From the human T2T-CHM13v2.0 reference genome, Homo sapiens, in assembly GCF_009914755.1 (NCBI RefSeq), contig NC_060928.1: a DNA stretch of 64,000 bases. One strand, given 5' to 3'. Shown here one piece after another: positions 57,105 to 64,000 of this stretch. The notes below the pieces were generated by a model, which was given only the letters and a program-made list of their open reading frames with translations, did no database searches and was not told the DNA's origin. The number at the start of each line of letters is the position of its first letter. Within the stretch, counting starts at the first letter, position 1. The translations under genes and the position numbers were made by a program.

Positions 57105-60100
57105 GTAAAAAATATTCTTCTTGGTAACTTGTTATTTTTGAACCAGTTTATTTCCCAGAAAATGCCTTTTTCTTTTGTGCTTCTTAGAAGGAGAAATTGC
57201 TACACATCGGTAGGTATGCGTAGATCTGCATCAAACTTTATTCAGATTATCTCAGGCTAAACAACTTTCCTTTATCCTACTTCTCCTTAATTTTCCTTCA
57301 ATTGTCTTTAATTTTGGGCTAAAATGTTTAAGTATAGAAGGATCTAGATACATTTTTGACAATGTGAACTAAAATCAAACCTAAAATTTCAGCTTGTAGT
57401 GACACATCAAGACCAAATATAATTTAACCCACTGAAGAAAGTGACCTGACCTCAAAGATTTTGGTCCTAATTTCGAGTGACCTGGCCTGCAAAAGAGCAT
57501 GACTTTAAATACTTTCTTTGTCTCTGTTAATCTTAACTATTGCCTGGAGTTTATAGGAGACCAAACCCTCATTCTAAGCACTTTGAAATCAAAACATATG
57601 CTCTGGATGATTTTCTGAATGTAACGCGGTAATTTAGTTTCCTTCATGTGCACATTTACTCAGGAACTTCCATCTAGCCACTGGCCCCAAGTTGTTGCAT
57701 TAGCAATTAGCACTTTCCTTCAGAACCAGGAGGAAGTGTAGTTATCTTTTATTGAACATGTTTTATCTCTAGTGAGCGCTTCATTAATTGGACTTTTGTT
57801 TGGAATGCGTAGGTTTAGTCTCTTTTGGATTGATCTTTTCTCTTTAATTTTTCCCATTGGTATTACTCACTGACTAATGTCGGTTTGGCTTCCTATTCTT
57901 AACGTTACCATTATTACCTCAGTGTGGGATGTACAGACCCATGGGGCAGGCACAGTACTGCTAGCCTGCGCTCCGTTTCTTCAAAACACCGTTAGCGATC
58001 TGATCATCTCTACTTTAGTGCCTAGAGTTCATAAGAGAAGGTGACAATAAAAACTGGAGCATTGAAATGAGCTTACTATGTAATCATAACTGTCCCTGAG
58101 CATTGGTTTAATATTATAAAGCTTTGGAAATATGTTATCCCATTGCACTCAGAGACATTACAAAGAACACTTTTTTATTGTTGTTGCTGTTATTACTACT
58201 ATTGAGATGGGAAATTTGATAACATAAGAAGAAGTTAAAATAATGCGTGCATCTTATAAATTTTAAAACCGATCTACTGGCCAAAAAACATTAATTAAAG
58301 TCAAATATATACCTGAGTCTCATAACAAATAAAGTGTTACACAGAAAGTGCTGATGAGTTGTACAACAGGGAACACATTTACAGCTTAGAGTCTAGTCAA
58401 AAGGGGTTCTTTCTGGGAGGGAGTGGAATATTACCTCTGATTATTACAGCAGAGAAAAACGCTGATATTGCCAAAGGCGCTAGATACAGAATCAGATTCT
58501 CAATTAGAAAGATGGCTACTGTGCCACACTAACTGATAACGTGGTTCTTGGGATTAATACATCAAACAGGAGCCCTACAAGTTACGAAGAATGTAGGAAA
58601 TAAAAAATATAAAAATCAGTAAATTAAAAACTGATTCTTCAATTGAATTGTGAAAAGATTAAGTTCAATTAAAAATATGAAGTCTTCACGCACTAAGGAG
58701 GTCAGAGAAAACGTTGGTTTCTAAAAATAAGAAAAAAGTGGGCCAAGGATGAGGATGAGCAATGCCTGAGGAATCTGAGTAGATGATTCCTGACTCACTC
58801 TGGGTAGAGGAGGATCTGAAAGTGGCATGAGAACAACATGAATTGAAGTGATAGGCCTATTTTAAAAAATAATTGTTATTATTAACATTGTATTGGTTAG
58901 TAAAATATGTACAGTGAATGTTGATTATCAATGTGTTCAAGTATTTTTAACCAGTATTTCTGTAATTTCCATTAAACGCCACATTAAAAAAACTGTTCTA
59001 GTTTTTACTACACCATGGCTAGATTATGGAATGATGAATTAACTAGACTTTACTTTTCTGAGTATGCTGCAGTGAAAATTGTGTTGCAAATTCCTATCCT
59101 TATTGACAATTCATCACAAGATGTATCTTAATCTCAAGAGAACTTTCCCACTGTGTCTTGAATGCTTATTCCCATTATCCTCTAAGACACATTCACACAC
59201 ACACACACACACACCTGACAGGCACCATTCTGTCACATCCTCCCATTCTGCAGCAGAAACAGGCTAGCTAAAGACATTATCTTTTTATTTTTGTATAATC
59301 TAAAAAATTCCCTTTTATCTATGCCATGTTCAGTAATTTAGTTACTTAACAATATATTTATATTTTTGAGGTGACTCAAGAAGTATCACAGAAATCAATC
59401 AAGGTAGGAAGAGTGTGGATTTGGCACCCAAAATAAGTTTGAGTGATTTCTTATCTACTTGCTGTTAACATGCCTTTTTCACTGCCATGAGCCACACCTT
59501 GCTTATTTGAATTAAAAAAAACCCTATAATATCTGGCTTATAGATGTGATTACCATTTTGTAACACAACGCAAATAAAACATTGTGTAATGCGGTAGAAA
59601 TCCAACGATGTCTTCTATAAATGGTACTCGTCAAATCCTACATCCATACGGGCAAAATTGAACCAGGATTCTTATCTCTTACCACCTTAATTTTAAATGG
59701 ACCATAGACCTAAATGTAATAGGTAAACCAATAAGCCTTCTAGAAAAAAATTAAAATGTAGAAAAATACTTTTATGCTATTGGATTCAGAATACCTTGTT
59801 AAGGAGATCATAAAACAAAAAAAATCTGGACTAATTTTCAGCTCAAACTGTGCTGTGACTGCAGTGCAGCAGAATACCTTTGAAACCGTCCAGACAGTCC
59901 CTCTGTCTTTCTGATAGTCCTTGGGTTGGCTGCTAGTAGTCTAAACCTGGAGACTGAGATTGCCTTCAGATTCATGTTGATTTGGGGGTAAGTAAACTAG
60001 ACGCTTTGATCTCTAAATCAGTTATTGGATACAGTCCACTCCCTGGGAAAAGGCTGATTTTACCTAATTTTCAGAGATCAAGGTGGGGAAGAGCTCTTGT

Positions 60101-60487
60101 GGCCCTATATTATAGTATGAAGATTTTCTCTTAATACCCTCTTTCAGCCCCATGCCAGTGCCATTAATTGGTCCTATTCTTATGAGGATTCTTGTCCCAA
60201 AGATTCAGTGGTGTACTATCACTAGGAAACAAGCCTCTCCTCTCCTGCATGGCTATGCATTTGGTATAATAAGAAACTTATTTCTGAACTTGAGAATAAA
60301 AAAGAAATAGAATACTAAATGTCAGGGAAATTCTCTAAATCACTCCATAGTCAAATGCAAATATTTTAAAAGACATTTCAAGTTATGAAAATGAATTTCC
60401 ATTACAATATAATAACCATCATTATGTAATCAAATATTTTTAGCTTATTGAAATTGGATATCATGAAATAAATGTTTATTTCCCCCA

Positions 60488-60653
60488 TTTTTTTTTTCTT
60501 TTATAGAGACAAGATCTCACTGTGTTGCCCAGCCTGGAGTGCAGTGGTGTGATCACAGCTCACTGCAGCCTTGAAATCCTGGTCTCAAATAATCCTCTAG
60601 CCTTGGCCTCCCAAAGTACAAGAATTACAGGCAATGGTCACTGCACCTGGCCT
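60488..60653 (-). mobile_element. Alu monomer (FAM/FRAM/FLAM-like)
   Basis: A single ~150-bp Alu arm after poly-T, ending cactgcacctggcc. Confidence 0.85.
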
Positions 60654-61501
60654 GGATCCACTTTTAAATTTGTCAAGAGGTTATGACCAAGAAAATTTAG
60701 AATGATTTATCATTCTAAATATATAAAAATATTATGTATTCTCATGCAATGTATCGACTCTACAAAAGAGATGCCCTCCCCCACAGACACACACACACTC
60801 ACACTCACTCTTATCTTTACTTCCACTAAAACACACTCCTGTCTCAATTTTAACTGTAGTTGGTATCTCCAGTAGAAAGAAGTTATTTTAAAAAATAAAG
60901 AAAACTACACCTCAGGGTTAGACGAATTGTGATAATAAAGTGGAATCACACTTCCTACACATGAAGGGGATATGACTACCATAGTTATTACAAGATTTCT
61001 CATGTGATTAATTTAATGCAGTACTGAAAAGACAGTTTGCTAAAATACTGGGTGAGAATTCATCTCAAAGCCACAGGAGAGCCAGAGCAATAGCATATGG
61101 ATGATTTCTGGAACATTAGCACAATTTATTTTGTCAAGGAAGAAATATATCAGTATGTTATAATTTTCGGCTCAGCTAAATATTAACACTTCAAAAAGAA
61201 TCAATTTAACTTATCCACAAAAAACTTTTGACTTAATAAATGCTGAAATTTTCTAAGTGCCATTAGTTGGCCAAGATATATCATTATTTTTGACTTACAT
61301 AATGAAAGATATATTTTCAGTTGTATCTTCTGGAATATAAAAAAAGGATTTTTTTTAAAAAAAAGCTATTGGTTAAAAATTAGTAATAGAGATAGAATTA
61401 TATTTTTATTTATGTGATTTGCCTTTTGAAACAAGTTATCCAATGCCTTTTCTTATAAGGGCATCTTATAAGTGCCTTTATAAGAAAAGACAAGGTTTCT
61501 G

Positions 61502-61671
61502 GTCTTTTCTTATAAGGGCACTAATTCTATCATGAGGACCCCACTCTCGTGTTCCCTTCTAAATCTAATCACCTCCCAAAGGCCCCACCTCCAAATATCA
61601 TCACATTGGGGGTTAGGGCTTCAACATTTTAAGGTAGCAGGAAAGGGAACACAAATATTCAGCCCATAACA
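61502..61671 (-). mobile_element. MLT1A/B LTR fragment
   Basis: cttataagggcactaat...atcacctcccaaaggccccacctccaaatatcatcacattgggggttagggcttcaaca...attcagcccataaca. Confidence 0.82.
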
Positions 61672-62329
61672 GTAGGACAACAGGCAAGGAATTTAACAAT
61701 GTAATTTTGAAACTGGAAATAACTTTTCCCAGGGTTGTTTTATTCACCATTCTGTACCCTTTTGAGAATGGTAGGGTTTTGCACACTAAACTGTTCTGGT
61801 ATCATAGTCATGGTAGGCTTCACTGGTGCAACATTATCTTGCATTGTCTCTGATTTATGATTGCCCACATCTCAGGTTCTTAGAAAGAGGGGAGTGTGGC
61901 CAGAGCTGACAAGCTGTGGAGAAAGTTCTAAAAGACTACATTCTCCATTTGATTTAATCTCTTTATTTTATGCCAGTATGGTGTTATGTCACTACAAAAA
62001 GGTCACCTTTACATTTTATTGCATTGGAATTCCCATGTATTCTTGGAAGATTTGTGACATAATCTTACAGATAACTAAGTAAGGCTCTGAGAAATCAGTG
62101 ACTTACTCCTACTTAAAGAACTAGTTAATGTCAGAAATGAGACAATACATATTTAGAGTCTTGTTTTCCTTCATTTTACTTTAACATTTTGCTTTTCTCT
62201 GTACACAGGAGAAATTAGAATTATGTGTATATATATATGATATTAGAAATCATGAGTTACAAATAATTTGTAGTATGTTTAAATATCTATATTAATATTA
62301 TGCCACCATGTAACTTTTCTTTTTCTATT

Positions 62330-63450
62330 TCCTTAGGATTTTTATGTTTTTTTTTCCATACAACTGGTACTATCCACCTTTCTAATTTCATAAGGAAGCT
62401 TTTTGGTTTTATTAGTTAGATTGTATTAATTCATAAATTAATTTGGAGAGATTTGAAATGTTAATAATGTTAATATGCCATATCCAAAAATAAAAGATGT
62501 CTGTCGATACATTCAGTCTACTTTTGTGCTTTCAAGAAATGTTTCATAGTCTTTATATTGGTTTTGACCAGTTCTTGTTAAGATTATTACTAATCATTTT
62601 ATATTTCTGTTGATTTTTTAAATAATGTTTTTCTATTATAGTTTCTGACTGTTTATGAAGGCTAGTGATTTTTTTGCATGTCAATTTTATATTTTGTTGC
62701 TTTATTATTTCATTTGATTTTCTAAAACATAATTATTGTTTAGGGGTTTTCCTAGTGATATCATGAATATCATGTTATCTGAAAATATTCATATAGTTTT
62801 TCTTTTTAATCTTCAAATTCTCATGTTTCCAATAGTATGTGGGTTATATTCTGTTTATTGTTTTTCCTTTACTATTGGGTATATCTTCTTTGCATTTTTT
62901 CCTAGAAGTTATCTTTGTACTTATGCTTTAAAAAATTTTGCTGTTTGTTACATTATTCCTTCTGAGAATACATAACACTTAGAGAGCATCCTTTCATGTA
63001 AATCTTCAACTTTATTTTAGTCTTAGTTCTACACTTCGATAAATATCAAAAGTTTATCATTCACCCCAGTCATTTCTTGGAAGGGTGTAGCTCATTGTTT
63101 TGTACATTCCTCAGAAATAATACATGTATACCACAGCTCCTTAGTTGTTTCTAAAAAGGTTTTTTAATAGCATTGTATTTGAACAATACCTGGATTGCAA
63201 ATCAAATATTTAACTTACAGTTCCTTTCATTAAGTTTTTTGTAAATACTATTCAGCTTTCAACTTCTTAGCATGTTGATCGTGAGAAATATGATGCAAAA
63301 CCAGCTTTATTTTTTCTTGAACCATTTTAATTAGACACTTTATATTTTTCTTATTGAGTTGAAGGGTTATTAAATAAAATCTTTGTGACATTTTGGGAAT
63401 GCATACTCAACTATTATCTGGAAAAACATCAGGTCTTGTTTAATGAAACT
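62330..63450 (-). mobile_element. Ancient L1M fragments
   Basis: gattgtattaattcataaattaatttggagaga, ctagtgattttttgcatgtcaattttatat, gtgagaaatatgatgc. Confidence 0.55.
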
Positions 63451-64000
63451 TTAAATTTACTATTTTCTTCCAATGAAAATGAATGGGTTAGACTACATGC
63501 CATTAAAATTTATAAGTATAAAATAAGTCAATTTGATTCATTCTAAAGTGATTTATTAGGTAGTTCTGCATAGAGTGAGAATATATATGCTATTTAATTC
63601 AGGGCTTCATATATTGCTCAATTTAATAATACCCATCATTGTAAATTAATAATTTAGTAGTAAAGCCACACAGATTACTCACCTGATCAATGCATTTTTA
63701 AGTTTAATTTTATACTTTCTGTAGAGATAATTATTTTTGTTTCTATGCCTGCCCATAATAAAAATACCAGGAAAAATTAGGAATTATCTTACTACATAAG
63801 ATATAAAGCAAATCTAGTCATATCAATATATACAGATGTAGTTTGTTTTCATGGTTTAATAAATTCTAGTTTTCTAAACTATTTCAGCATTCCAAAATAT
63901 TAATTTTTCTCTCTTTTCTGATTGGGAATGGTGCAGCAGTATACATCCCTGTGTGTAAATCCTTGAGTATATCTCAGGGAGTTTCTGCAGTAATGATATT

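Overview
This is AT-rich, repeat-dense primate genomic DNA, almost certainly human because it carries a human-specific SVA_F1 element. It looks intronic or intergenic. I found no convincing cellular protein-coding gene: the interpretable ORFs in the track come from L1, Alu, SVA or LTR sequence, and the rest look like chance ORFs. Main observations: (1) a minus-strand SVA_F1 (29418-31895) with ~300 bp of MAST2 exon 1 spliced onto it, giving an open MAST2-N-terminus/SVA ORF, inserted in an old L1; (2) an L1PA insertion (15571-18834) with both a 5' inversion and a ~210-bp 3' transduction, splitting a MER4 LTR with a 14-bp TSD; (3) an unusually small (~110 bp) 5'-inverted L1 at 54.3 kb; (4) several non-tandem duplications and quasi-palindromes of non-repeat sequence (6.6/10.2 kb, 23.7/24.8 kb, 48.4/50.5 kb, 45.1, 49.7, 61.5 kb) that resemble template-switch repair scars. 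I cannot support a wholly new biological system; these are informative cases of known retrotransposition and repair mechanisms. Subfamily names are from memory of consensus sequences and need RepeatMasker/Dfam confirmation, and boundaries of old repeats are approximate.
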